Shown here: piece after piece, positions 1-9,644 of the stretch
Layout of the letters: every line of letters begins with the position of its first letter
Position numbering within the stretch: the stretch's first letter is position 1
Assembly (NCBI GenBank): GCA_050251055.1
Contig: JBFWNL010000005.1
Location: forward strand, 32,001 to 96,000
Direction of reading: 5' to 3'
Source of the DNA: Bacteriovoracia bacterium
GTDB taxonomy: Bacteria; Bdellovibrionota; UBA1018; JBFWNL01
Length of the DNA: 64,000 bases
Position numbers and translations under genes: made by a program
Notes under the pieces: generated by a model
The model's database searches: none
Told to the model about the DNA's origin: nothing
The model's input: the letters and a program-made list of their open reading frames with translations, nothing else

Positions 1-13
1 GGCCGCCCGCGCG

Positions 14-1114
14 TTGAATCTCCAGATTCATCTCATCGACAAAAAAGAACCCACCGCGTTCGTGCGTAAATCGCTCGCGTCGTTCGAAGCGGTGGAAAAC
101 CTACGGAACGAGGCGGAAGTGCGCCGCGCGGCCGAGCGCGCGATAGGCCGAGGGGCGGCGCCAGGCGCCGTGTTGGCGCTCACGGAAAGTGCGGTGGTAT
201 CGGCCGCGCAGCTGCGTGAAAAGTGGAAGTGCCCGGGCTTGAGCGTCGCGCAAGCGCATACATTTTCCAATAAATCCGCGATGAAGGAAGCGGTGATCCG
301 CGCCGGCGTGAAATGTACGCCTTGGAAGGTGATCACCGCGGCCGACACATGCGAAAGCTTGGTCGCCGAGTTCGGTCTGCCGCTCGTGCTGAAGGAAGTG
401 GCGAATTCCGGCAGTCGCGGTACGGTTATCGCGCACGACGAGGCGAGCCTGCGCGCGGCATGGGCGGCGGGCTCGCGGGTGGGGGGGCTGGCGGAGGCGT
501 TCATCGACGGCTTGGAGATGAGTGTCGAGTCGATTGTTCACGGCGGAAATATCGTATTCACCAATTTCACCGAATATTACATTAATCAGTGGGCGAATAT
601 CGTTCCCGGTACGGTTGCCCCGGAGATCGAGCGCGCCGCGCAAGCATTGAACGTGAAAGTCATCCAAACGCTGGGGCTGCGCGACGGAATCACGCATCTT
701 GAGTTTTACTGGACGAAGGATGGCATCGTCTTCGGGGAAATCGCGGCCCGACCGCCGGGTGGATACCTGATGGAGCTCATCCACGTGGCTTACGGATTTA
801 ATCCCTGGACGGCCTGGCTGCAGGCGGAGTTGAGCGAGACGCCCGAGGTTCAGACGAAGCCCCAAGCCTACGCGGGCGTGCTGCTCTTTCACCCGGGGGA
901 AGGCGTCGTGGAGTCGATCGCGGGCCTGGAGTGGGCGATAAAGCAGCCGAAGGAAAAATTCTCGCTACGCTTAAACCCCGGGGACCGTGTCGATGCGCGT
1001 TTGGGGACCGGCCAAAACAAGGGTGAAGTGATCGTAAGCGGGAGCACGCGCGCGGAAGTCGCGGGTTGGCTCGACAATTTCGCGCGCGAGATCAGAATCA
1101 TCGTAAATCCTTAA
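14..1114 (+). CDS. ATP-grasp domain protein (L-amino acid ligase-like), probably 5'-truncated by the window edge
   Basis: NKSAMK, LPLVLKE..SGSRG, EAFIDGLEMSVES, THLEF, GEIAARPPGG are ATP-grasp motifs. Confidence 0.85.
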   Translation: MNLQIHLIDKKEPTAFVRKSLASFEAVENLRNEAEVRRAAERAIGRGAAPGAVLALTESAVVSAAQLREKWKCPGLSVAQAHTFSNKSAMKEAVIRAGVKCTPWKVITAADTCESLVAEFGLPLVLKEVANSGSRGTVIAHDEASLRAAWAAGSRVGGLAEAFIDGLEMSVESIVHGGNIVFTNFTEYYINQWANIVPGTVAPEIERAAQALNVKVIQTLGLRDGITHLEFYWTKDGIVFGEIAARPPGGYLMELIHVAYGFNPWTAWLQAELSETPEVQTKPQAYAGVLLFHPGEGVVESIAGLEWAIKQPKEKFSLRLNPGDRVDARLGTGQNKGEVIVSGSTRAEVAGWLDNFAREIRIIVNP

Positions 1115-1256
1115 TGGGCCTTCATTAAGGCTTTGAATCAACTACTGTATTTGGATCGTATTTTCGACAGGATAGGCCTCATTTCGTCAGCGGCAGGTTT
1201 GACATGGGGCATTGGGCGGGTTACCCACGTGCGGGATGAGAGTTAAATTTCAGGGG

Positions 1257-2402
1257 ATGGTATTCCCGATCATGTGGATGACAGCGATTGTAGGGCCGGC
1301 GGTGGCGCTGACTTCGAATCCGCTACAAATGTGGGATCGATCCGTCGGAGTCGATATTCAGTCCGCGGCTTGCCAAGATTTCGTGAAGTTCATGACCGCG
1401 AGCCACGGCGAGAAGAACGGGCTGCAGACGGATACGCTCATGGTTACCCGGGACGGTAAGCCCGTCTACGAGTGGTACGATGGCGTTTATGACCCGGAGA
1501 CGCCCCACTGCATGTGGTCGGCCACCAAAAGTATCGGTGCGACGCTCTTGGGCGCGGCCGTTACGGAAGGTGCGGTCGACGTTTCGGCGCGCTTATCTCA
1601 ATTCTACCCAAGCGATCAGCGAACGTTCAAATCGGCCCAGCAGCGTGAGTTCTATGAACGCATTGAGCTTAAGGACCTCATCGCCATGGCGGGCGGGTTT
1701 GAATGGACGGAGCGCGACTACTCCCAGATCAAGGGACTCGCGGTCTTGGATATGCTCTACCTCAAGGGTTACAAAGATACGACGGCCTTCGCCGCCGCGG
1801 CTGATCTCGCGCCAGAAGGCCCGGGCAATCGCTACATCTACAGCAGCGGTAGTTCCGCCCTGGTTTTAGGGGCGTTGAAGCAGGTCTACGCCAAGGAGCA
1901 GGATACCTTTCCTTGGCGGTTATTGTTTGATCCGCTGGAGATGGAAGACGTCGTTTTTGAGCGTGATCAGGCGGGAAACTTTGTCGCATCCTCATACGTG
2001 CATCTCAAGCTGCGGGATATGGCCAAGATCGGCCAACTTTTTATTAATCGCGGTGTGTGGAACGGAAAGCGGGTGTTATCCGAATCGTGGATCGACCAGG
2101 CCGCGCGGCCGTCGCACGGTATGCTATCGGAAGGCACGCCGATCGAAGACCTAAAGTTCGAAGGCGCCGTTTACGGCGAAGCGGGAATGTGGACGAATAA
2201 CGCGATTCGCGGATTGCCCCGCTTCTTCCCGGCGGCCCCCGATGACATGATCTTCGCGGCCGGCCACTACGGACAAGTGATCTTGATCCTGCCCACGCAG
2301 AACCTGGTGATTGCACGTACGGGCCACGACAAGGAATATTTCTCGAAGATCAACGCCATGGTGGGCAAGGCGCTGGCTTGTTTTGGCGGAGGTAGACCAT
2401 GA
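1257..2402 (+). CDS. exported serine hydrolase, class C beta-lactamase/6-aminohexanoate-dimer hydrolase family
   Basis: SxxK (SATK), YSSG, LFDPLEM, RDMAKIGQL, AAGHYGQ; signal peptide; start uncertain (1212-1272). Confidence 0.88.
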   Translation: MVFPIMWMTAIVGPAVALTSNPLQMWDRSVGVDIQSAACQDFVKFMTASHGEKNGLQTDTLMVTRDGKPVYEWYDGVYDPETPHCMWSATKSIGATLLGAAVTEGAVDVSARLSQFYPSDQRTFKSAQQREFYERIELKDLIAMAGGFEWTERDYSQIKGLAVLDMLYLKGYKDTTAFAAAADLAPEGPGNRYIYSSGSSALVLGALKQVYAKEQDTFPWRLLFDPLEMEDVVFERDQAGNFVASSYVHLKLRDMAKIGQLFINRGVWNGKRVLSESWIDQAARPSHGMLSEGTPIEDLKFEGAVYGEAGMWTNNAIRGLPRFFPAAPDDMIFAAGHYGQVILILPTQNLVIARTGHDKEYFSKINAMVGKALACFGGGRP

Positions 2403-2788
2403 GGTTGCGTCGTCTGATGGTGGCGATTGCTGTCGTGGCGGCCGCGCCCGCCTTCGGTAAGGAAGTGAAATCGATTTTCGAGGACATCGGGGTTCTACGT
2501 TATTCCCTGCGCAACGGCTTGCTCCCGATGATCGTGGCGAAGGAGTATTGCTCTTGCCTCTTTGTGCAGAAATTCCCTTTGAACGAGTGCAAGAAGCGCG
2601 ACGGGTTGCCGTTTCCGGCGCTGAATATGCTCGACATCGACGAAAAGCTGCTCAAACAGAAAATCGTTCGCGTGAAGCCGCGCTTGTTGGGAAAGCACCC
2701 CTGGGGCGAGGCCCGATTCGTAGGGAAGGGCGTCAGCGGTCAGAATTACGGCTGCGTAATCACGCATGGTCCGGCCGACGCGATCTAA
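2399..2788 (+). CDS. small exported Cys-containing partner of the serine hydrolase
   Basis: ATGA overlap with upstream gene, signal peptide, AKEYCSCLFV motif. Confidence 0.7.
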   Translation: MRLRRLMVAIAVVAAAPAFGKEVKSIFEDIGVLRYSLRNGLLPMIVAKEYCSCLFVQKFPLNECKKRDGLPFPALNMLDIDEKLLKQKIVRVKPRLLGKHPWGEARFVGKGVSGQNYGCVITHGPADAI

Positions 2789-2915
2789 CCCCGAGGGTTG
2801 CCCGTCCTTTGGGCTGAGTACAAGCAGAGATATTGTGCACTACGTCATTATAACTGCCCTGCCTTGACACATTGAGCTGCCGATGCGACAACCCGCGCCA
2901 GAGGTGGTGGGGTAG

Positions 2916-4058
2916 ATGGGATTCACGAAGATTTGGCACTGGGTTGGAATGGCTTCGCTATTCCTGATAGGTACGGCTTCCGCCGGTGGTACGTTCAAGG
3001 CGAAGCCGATGACGGACGCCGAGTATGGCGCGGTCATACGGGAGATCTACTCGCAGGAGTCTTCGGTCCCGGCGATGATTGAAGCTCAGGCCGGTACCCG
3101 CCCGCGCGCGCCGATTTCCGCCGAGCAGAGCGCGAAACTCAATCTGCTCACCCTCTACATCATCCCTCCCGGACGGGACTTGAACTGGGATAGCCCGAAG
3201 CGGCTCGTGAACTCCGTCATCCGAAACTATATCTTTCACCCGGACCGCCTTATTGGCCACGTTCTGGCATCGGTGCGGTGCGGGGCCACGGGCGAGCCGG
3301 ACTTTTTCTTCTCGGGCATGTCCGGTCGGGGCGATGATCGCGCGCTGGCGGACGACGAGGGTTATGGCCTAGGCCTGATGTTTCATGATTACGCCGGATA
3401 TATGGAAAATCCGAAGCTGCTTGTGAAAGAGTTACGTTATCGCGCGAAGTGGGGACGCTTGAGTTTCCTGGAGTTTGAGATTAACGCGAATACCTGCGAG
3501 CGCCTCCAGGAGTACATGCGCGGCTATCGGGCCAATGGCGACGACAAGCACTACGGACTACCCAACCGCCCGCGTTTTCACGAAGGCGGCGGTTGCACGG
3601 CTTTTTCCACGAGCTTCATCGACGTGGCGGGCTTGCTTGAGCCCGATTTCGTCGCGCACTGGACGCGCACCCTGCGCGTACCACGCGCCTTAGTGGGGGG
3701 CCATTGGACGGGTGAAAAGATTCCTACCAAGAAGCTACGCAAGGGGAAAGAAGCCGATCGTTGGGCCATCCCGGACGAGCCGGGTTTCGATCTGTTTTTC
3801 TGGGATGCCCAGCTCATGCATCGGTGGGTGCGCGAAACCTATGATCGCGAGAAAAAGCAGCGCCGCACGGATTTTGAGCCCGTACTTTACTGGGTCGAGG
3901 GCGATTCCCCTGATGATATGCCCGGCTATCGCCGCGTTTACGGATTACGGGTGAATCGTGCCGCGTGGAACACGCCCGACGAACCGATTTTCCTCAACGA
4001 GATTCGTAATACGAAGCCTTTTGAAGGCATCCCAACGGACGCGGGCCGTCGCCGGTAG
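2916..4058 (+). CDS. exported hypothetical protein, possible permuted papain-like (His before Cys) amidase
   Basis: Signal peptide ending ASA; IGHV followed later by GGGCTAF. Confidence 0.65.
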   Translation: MGFTKIWHWVGMASLFLIGTASAGGTFKAKPMTDAEYGAVIREIYSQESSVPAMIEAQAGTRPRAPISAEQSAKLNLLTLYIIPPGRDLNWDSPKRLVNSVIRNYIFHPDRLIGHVLASVRCGATGEPDFFFSGMSGRGDDRALADDEGYGLGLMFHDYAGYMENPKLLVKELRYRAKWGRLSFLEFEINANTCERLQEYMRGYRANGDDKHYGLPNRPRFHEGGGCTAFSTSFIDVAGLLEPDFVAHWTRTLRVPRALVGGHWTGEKIPTKKLRKGKEADRWAIPDEPGFDLFFWDAQLMHRWVRETYDREKKQRRTDFEPVLYWVEGDSPDDMPGYRRVYGLRVNRAAWNTPDEPIFLNEIRNTKPFEGIPTDAGRRR

Positions 4059-4066
4059 CCGCGGAC

Positions 4067-4849
4067 TCAACCCGCCTGCCTGCGAATTGCTCCGGCTACG
4101 CACGCCGCGGGTAGCCGCAGAGGAACACCGAGCTCTTTGCTGAACTCGGCGCGCATTTGCTCGCTAGCGGCTTCGATGCGACTCAATAGGGGCGGCAGCC
4201 GCGAGAAGGTGGAGAGTCCGGGTTTGCCGGGCTCGATCCGATAAACTCCGGTTGAAGTGACGCTCAAAAGCGCCCACTCCTCGCCCACGCGCTTTAACAG
4301 GGGGCCTCCGCTGTCTCCGGGGACCATAAAGACTTTCTCGCTTTGAAACACGGCTTGGTCTCCCCAGCCGACCGGCAGGAACCGGTCAATTTGGGCGCCC
4401 TGCAAGGTCGCCGGCTCCGTGTTCGGTTTTAGCTTTCCGTAACCCCAGACCTCGAAGGGGCCGCCCAGGTCGGCCTCGTCAGCGCGGACCAAGCGTATGT
4501 CCGTCGCGTAGTGATCCGGCAACCCGATCAGCGCCACGTCATTTTCCTCGAAGCGGCGGAATTTTAGGTGGGTAGTAGGGATCTCCACGCCGCCGGAGCA
4601 GACGATCTTTTGGATCACGTAACCGCTTTCGAGTACGTGGTTGGCCGTAACGATGCGGTCGCCGAGAAGGGCGCCGCTGCCGTAGAGCGTCTGGCCGGTA
4701 ATGGGATGCTTGGAAAGAATCTGGCAGATTCCTTTCGGCGACCGCGAACCGAGGGGCTGAACCGCGACCACGTCGTCCGACCAGGCAGGCGGAGTCCAGA
4801 GCAAGGCGTGGCTAAGCCCGAGGCCTAGGTAAAGAAAGGCGAATCTCAT
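4067..4849 (-). CDS. trypsin-like (S1) serine protease, exported
   Basis: TANHV, NDVALI, GDSGGP catalytic triad motifs; signal peptide. Confidence 0.92.
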   Translation of the reverse strand: MRFAFLYLGLGLSHALLWTPPAWSDDVVAVQPLGSRSPKGICQILSKHPITGQTLYGSGALLGDRIVTANHVLESGYVIQKIVCSGGVEIPTTHLKFRRFEENDVALIGLPDHYATDIRLVRADEADLGGPFEVWGYGKLKPNTEPATLQGAQIDRFLPVGWGDQAVFQSEKVFMVPGDSGGPLLKRVGEEWALLSVTSTGVYRIEPGKPGLSTFSRLPPLLSRIEAASEQMRAEFSKELGVPLRLPAACVAGAIRRQAG

Positions 4850-4857
4850 CTATATAC

Positions 4858-4884
4858 GTATCGGCGGCGCGGGTGCCGTATTTA
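4858..4884 (-). promoter_or_regulatory. sigma28/FliA-type promoter of the S1 protease
   Basis: Minus strand TAAA-N15-GCCGATAC, 8 nt before the ATG. Confidence 0.7.
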
Positions 4885-4928
4885 CCCGCCCCGAGGGGCG
4901 GGTCAGTGGATTGACGGTACGAGATGAG

Positions 4929-4965
4929 AAAAAAAGGGGCAGGACCTTTCGATCCTGCCCCTTTT
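4929..4965 (-). terminator. intrinsic terminator of hppA
   Basis: 13-bp inverted repeat aaaaggggcagga/tcctgcccctttt with T-run on the minus strand, just after the stop codon. Confidence 0.85.
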
Positions 4966-4988
4966 GTTTAACGAGTATTACCGAGCGC

Positions 4989-7385
4989 TTACTTGCTGGT
5001 GCGCATTCCGTAGAACGAGCGCCAGACGAAGAACAGAGCCACGATCATCAGCACGACGCCGATGTAGAAGGCTTGTTCCTTCGCGCTGACCGCGATTTCC
5101 ACCGCCAAGAGCCCGAACAACGTCGTGAACTTGATGATGGGGTTGAGCGCGACGGACGACGTATCCTTGAACGGATCGCCGACGGTGTCGCCCACGACGG
5201 TCGCGGCGTGGAGCTCGGTGCCTTTTTCCTTGAGGTCGACTTCGACGACTTTCTTGGCGTTATCCCAAGCGCCGCCCGCGTTCGCCATGAACATGGCTTG
5301 GAACAAGCCGAACACGGCGATCGAGATCAGGTAGCTGGCGAAGAACGTGGCGTCGAAACAGGCGAAGGCCAAGGTCAACGCGAAGATCACGCCGAAGATG
5401 TTGATCATCCCGGCCTGGGCGTATTGCGTGCAGATCTTCACGACTTCCTTCGAGCTCTCAACGGACGCGGCTTTCGCCGAGTCGAGCTTGATGTTCGCCT
5501 TGATGTATTCCACCGCGCGGTAGGCGCCCGTGGTCACGGCCTGGATGGACGCGCCCGAGAACCAGAAGATCACCGCGCCGCCCGAGATCAAGCCCAGGAG
5601 AACCTTCGGATCGAGCAGGTCGAGCTTCAGGTTCAAGAGCAAGATGATCGAGAAGATCATGGTGGTCGCGCCGATCACGGCCGTGCCAATGAGCACGGGC
5701 TTCGCGGTCGCCTTGAAGGTATTACCGGCCGAGTCGTTGGACTCGAGCAAGTGTTTGCCTTGGTGGAAATCCGGCTTGAAACCGAATTCCTTTTGCACGT
5801 CGCCGGCGATGTTCGGGAGGTTCTCGATTTGCGAGAGCTCGAACACGCTTTGCGCGTTGTCGGTCACGGGACCGTAGCTGTCGACGGCGATCGTCACCGG
5901 GCCCATGCCCAGGAAGCCGAACGCCACCAGGCCGAACGCGAACACGGCCGGGTAGACCATGAATTCGCCCAAGCCCATCGCGGAGGTCAGGTAAGCGACC
6001 AACATCAACGCGACGATAACCATGCCCTTCCAGAAGGCGGAGAAGTTACCGGCCACCAAACCCGAAAGGATGGCAAGGCTTGCGCCGCCTTGGCGGGCCG
6101 AAGCCACCACTTCCTTAACGTGCTTGGAGTGCGCCGAGGTGAACACCTTGGTGAATTCCGGGATGATCGCGGCGGCAATGGTTCCGCAGCTGATGATCGT
6201 GGAGAGTTTCCACCAGAGGCCGTTCGGCAGGTCGCTGATCAGGATATCGCTGACCACGTAGGTAACGACGATCGAGACGGCCGAGGTGATCCAGACGAGC
6301 CAAGTGAGCGGCTTTTCGAAGTCGAATTCCTTCGCGTTGCCGAACATGGCCTTCGAGATCACGTTCGTGATCATGTAGGAGCCGATGGACGTGAAGATCA
6401 TCAACACGCGCATCATGAAGATCCAGATGATCAAGCGAGCCTGGAGATCCGGAGCGTTTGCACCGGCGGTGAGGGCACCGTCGGGCCCCATGGTCATGCC
6501 GACCGCCAGCGCGATGAAGCTGATGAGCGCCACGCCGGTCACGCCGTAGGTTTCGAAACCATCGGCCGTCGGGCCCACGCTATCGCCGGCGTTGTCGCCG
6601 GTACAGTCGGCGATCACGCCGGGGTTACGGGCGTCGTCTTCTTTAATGTTGAAAACGATCTTCATGAGGTCGGAACCGATGTCCGCGATCTTCGTGAAGA
6701 TACCGCCGCAGATCCGGAGCGCCGAAGCACCCAAAGATTCGCCGATGGCGAAGCCGATGAAGCACTTACCGGCGTGTTCTTTTGGCATGTAGAGGAGGAT
6801 GAAAATCATCATCACGAGCTCGACGCAGATGAGCAGCACGCCGATGGACATGCCCGCGCGGAGCGGGGTTTCCATTACGGGGTACGGCATGCCCTTGAGC
6901 GATGCGAACGCCGTGCGGGAATTGGCGTAGGTGTTGATGCGGATGCCGAACCAGGCGACCGCCACCGAGCCCAAGATCCCCAGGATGGACCAGGCCAGGA
7001 TCATCATCACTGGACCCATCTCCATGTGAAGCAGGAAGTAGAAGTAGTAGAAGATACAGGCGCCGATGAAGATTTCGAGGACGGCGAGCAATTTCCCTTG
7101 TTGGAACAAGTAGGTTTTGCAGGTTTCGTAAATCAATGCCGAGATGTCGAGCATCGACTTATGTGCAGGCAATTTCTTAATGCGCATGAATTCGATCAAG
7201 CCGAAGCCCATACCCAAGATCGAAAGCACCATGCCCCAGAACAAGAGCGTGTTGCCGGAGACTTCGCTGCCGAAAACATTGAACATGACCCCGAGTTCGG
7301 GGATGTGCAGATCCGCTTCGCTGCCAAATGCCGCGGGCGCCATCAGAAGGGCGCACCAGGAGACGAGCTGAGTCCATTTCTTCAT
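4989..7385 (-). CDS. hppA: membrane-bound ion-translocating pyrophosphatase, probably K+-independent H+-PPase
   Basis: GGIFTKIADIGSDL, EDDARNPGVIADCTGDNAGD, DSYGPVTDNA, GGAWDNAKK, GDTVGDPFKDTS; GNTFKA has Lys at the K+-dependence position. Confidence 0.97.
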   Translation of the reverse strand: MKKWTQLVSWCALLMAPAAFGSEADLHIPELGVMFNVFGSEVSGNTLLFWGMVLSILGMGFGLIEFMRIKKLPAHKSMLDISALIYETCKTYLFQQGKLLAVLEIFIGACIFYYFYFLLHMEMGPVMMILAWSILGILGSVAVAWFGIRINTYANSRTAFASLKGMPYPVMETPLRAGMSIGVLLICVELVMMIFILLYMPKEHAGKCFIGFAIGESLGASALRICGGIFTKIADIGSDLMKIVFNIKEDDARNPGVIADCTGDNAGDSVGPTADGFETYGVTGVALISFIALAVGMTMGPDGALTAGANAPDLQARLIIWIFMMRVLMIFTSIGSYMITNVISKAMFGNAKEFDFEKPLTWLVWITSAVSIVVTYVVSDILISDLPNGLWWKLSTIISCGTIAAAIIPEFTKVFTSAHSKHVKEVVASARQGGASLAILSGLVAGNFSAFWKGMVIVALMLVAYLTSAMGLGEFMVYPAVFAFGLVAFGFLGMGPVTIAVDSYGPVTDNAQSVFELSQIENLPNIAGDVQKEFGFKPDFHQGKHLLESNDSAGNTFKATAKPVLIGTAVIGATTMIFSIILLLNLKLDLLDPKVLLGLISGGAVIFWFSGASIQAVTTGAYRAVEYIKANIKLDSAKAASVESSKEVVKICTQYAQAGMINIFGVIFALTLAFACFDATFFASYLISIAVFGLFQAMFMANAGGAWDNAKKVVEVDLKEKGTELHAATVVGDTVGDPFKDTSSVALNPIIKFTTLFGLLAVEIAVSAKEQAFYIGVVLMIVALFFVWRSFYGMRTSK

Positions 7386-7507
7386 AGTCTTTACCTTTGT
7401 CCTCTAGTTGTAGTGATGCCCTAGGCCTTAACACAGGGTTATAGAGGCCTCAATGGTTGAAATTGAGTCTCGGGTATTAACTTTAATGCGGCGCATTAGT
7501 TTTGAAT

Positions 7508-9007
7508 TTAGGGCTTGGGCGGGATGCCGACGGACTTCAGGGTTCGTTCATACAATTCGGAATCGACTAGGAACTGGCGTACCGTATTGACGACATCAGC
7601 TCCGTTTTGCGTGGTGTTCCGGGAAAGTTTGCGAAGCGCGTAGAGCTGGCGCTCTTCGATTTTTTGGGCGAGTCCCGGTACGGAGGCGACGAGGGGATCC
7701 TTCGACCAATCAAAGAGCAACATTCGCACTTCGGGATGGGTTTTCGCCATGTCGGTTCCGCCGGCCGCGAGCTTGCGTGCCCATTCGTGGGTGACGGTTT
7801 GAGCCAGGTCGCGGATTTTGGGAGGGGACGATTTCGCTAGATCGACCAAAGCGATGCCCCGGTGATTGAAGTGGCTTTCTGAAACGGCGAATTCCACCAT
7901 TTGCGGGGCGAGCAGAGGGTTGGCGTCCCAGCCGGGCTGGTTTCGCAACCACGTTTCGATCGTGGGCTCGGGCAAGCCGAAGGCCGGGTCCTTCATGCTG
8001 CCATGAATGCCGTCGAGAATTTCCGCCATTCTTTTAGGGTCGGCGTTCGTCGGCACGGCTCGGTACTCGATCCCCCAGAGCCCGGGCTCATCATAAAATC
8101 GGTTTCCCCAGCGGATTCCGACCTGCGCACGTTTTTCTGTGATCGCGCCGTTGGGTTGCCCCGCTTTTTCAAAGAAGTCGCGCACCAGTGTGGAAAGGTC
8201 GGCTCTTTCCAGGCTTTGGTAGAAGTTGGGGTCTCCCCAAACGCCGTCAAGCGACTTGCGATTCTCCACGATGCTCAGCATGTCCGTCGCGAGATTTGCG
8301 CGGCGGTAAAAATCCGTTACCTGGGCGACTTGGATGGTTTTTCTCGCGGGATCGGAACTCAGGGCGCGGGGAGCGACCATGTGCACATGCTGGGGGCGGG
8401 GTTCCAGTTCAAGCGCCTTAAGAAAGGTGTTCGCGTCTTGGCTGGCCTGACCCGGAGTCGCGGTTTCACGGAAGTGAATCTCGACGCCGGTGAAACGAAT
8501 CGCGTCGTCGGGACTTCGATAGTCGACTTGACCCAGGAAAGAGGAAGTGCCGAAGTCATAGGTTCCCGGGGGGTAGGTCTTGCCTAGGAACGAGGTGGGT
8601 TGGGTAAACGTCAGCTCGACGACTTCGCGGATGCGCATGCCGTGCACTTTTCTAAAACGCTCCGGCTTTTCCTTTCCGACGTAGATCATGATTTCTAACT
8701 TTTCGGGAAAATCCAACGAATCCCAGGGAATCTCGGCCGCGGACTTTCCGGGGTGCTTCTTGGCGAGCCAAGCCGGCAAGGCCAGGTCTTCGAGGAGGGG
8801 CGCGACCGTGCCGTCATCGGACGTCAGTAGGGCCATGATCTTGGGGTTCATCCCCAGTTCGATTTCCACCGATGCGCTTTCCCCCATTCTCCCGGAGGCG
8901 CGCATGCCGCGCTCAAAGGCGTCGATGTAGCAAGGGGTCGTAGACTGAGCCCAAGCCCCGATCGAAAGAAAGAAGTTGATCAAAATAATCAGAAAATAGG
9001 CACGCAC
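7508..9007 (-). CDS. exported hypothetical protein with COOH-NH2 ligase (amidoligase)-like motifs
   Basis: Signal peptide ending AWA; VEIELG, VEIHF, QHVHMV, GIEYRA. Confidence 0.6.
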   Translation of the reverse strand: MRAYFLIILINFFLSIGAWAQSTTPCYIDAFERGMRASGRMGESASVEIELGMNPKIMALLTSDDGTVAPLLEDLALPAWLAKKHPGKSAAEIPWDSLDFPEKLEIMIYVGKEKPERFRKVHGMRIREVVELTFTQPTSFLGKTYPPGTYDFGTSSFLGQVDYRSPDDAIRFTGVEIHFRETATPGQASQDANTFLKALELEPRPQHVHMVAPRALSSDPARKTIQVAQVTDFYRRANLATDMLSIVENRKSLDGVWGDPNFYQSLERADLSTLVRDFFEKAGQPNGAITEKRAQVGIRWGNRFYDEPGLWGIEYRAVPTNADPKRMAEILDGIHGSMKDPAFGLPEPTIETWLRNQPGWDANPLLAPQMVEFAVSESHFNHRGIALVDLAKSSPPKIRDLAQTVTHEWARKLAAGGTDMAKTHPEVRMLLFDWSKDPLVASVPGLAQKIEERQLYALRKLSRNTTQNGADVVNTVRQFLVDSELYERTLKSVGIPPKP

Positions 9008-9117
9008 TCTGTTTTCTTATCGGAGGAAAGGGGCGCTACATCAAATCGAGTACAGTTGTAAGCACTGTTTGATGGGGGTGGGTTGCCGTTGTTAGTGCTT
9101 TGCGTTATCTGCCGGGC

Positions 9118-9561
9118 ATGAAGAATAATGCGTTAGTTGGATGGGTGGTGGGTCTCATGGTCATGACTGCGGGACTCGCCCAGGCGGAAACGGTGGCGCT
9201 TCCTCGGAAGTTTCGTTGCGAAGGGATCCCTTCTTCGACGGCTCCGGATGCCCAAAATCTGAAAACCCGGCTGCAGAAGTACCGAGTCGAGCGCACGGAT
9301 CTGGCAACTGACGCGGACGCGATTTCCTCCAAAGGTCGAGGCGACGATACTTGGGGCGCGACCTTACGCGACGGAAAACTGGTGATGTCCTGGTTTAACT
9401 GCGACGAGAGCGGGCTGCTTGAGTTTGAACTGAAGGACGTCGTTCGTCCGGCCCGGCAGGCCCGATGGAAGCGCCGGGGTCCCTGGATCTCTACGAAATT
9501 CGCTTACGAACTCCGTGGCGACGAATCCACTTACGATGTCCGCTGCCGCGCACTTTACTAG
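9118..9561 (+). CDS. exported hypothetical protein
   Basis: Signal peptide ending AQA; fills the gap between genes. Confidence 0.65.
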   Translation: MKNNALVGWVVGLMVMTAGLAQAETVALPRKFRCEGIPSSTAPDAQNLKTRLQKYRVERTDLATDADAISSKGRGDDTWGATLRDGKLVMSWFNCDESGLLEFELKDVVRPARQARWKRRGPWISTKFAYELRGDESTYDVRCRALY

Positions 9562-9644
9562 CCCCTCCCGCCTTGCCGCTTGACACCTGGTATCATGCTG
9601 TGCCAGTTTTTGAGCAAATTTATAATGTTAGGGAGGATTTCGTA

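Noticed and set aside
4911-7424. 837-aa plus-strand ORF
   Set aside because: Antisense shadow of hppA caused by GC-biased codon usage; no protein-like motifs
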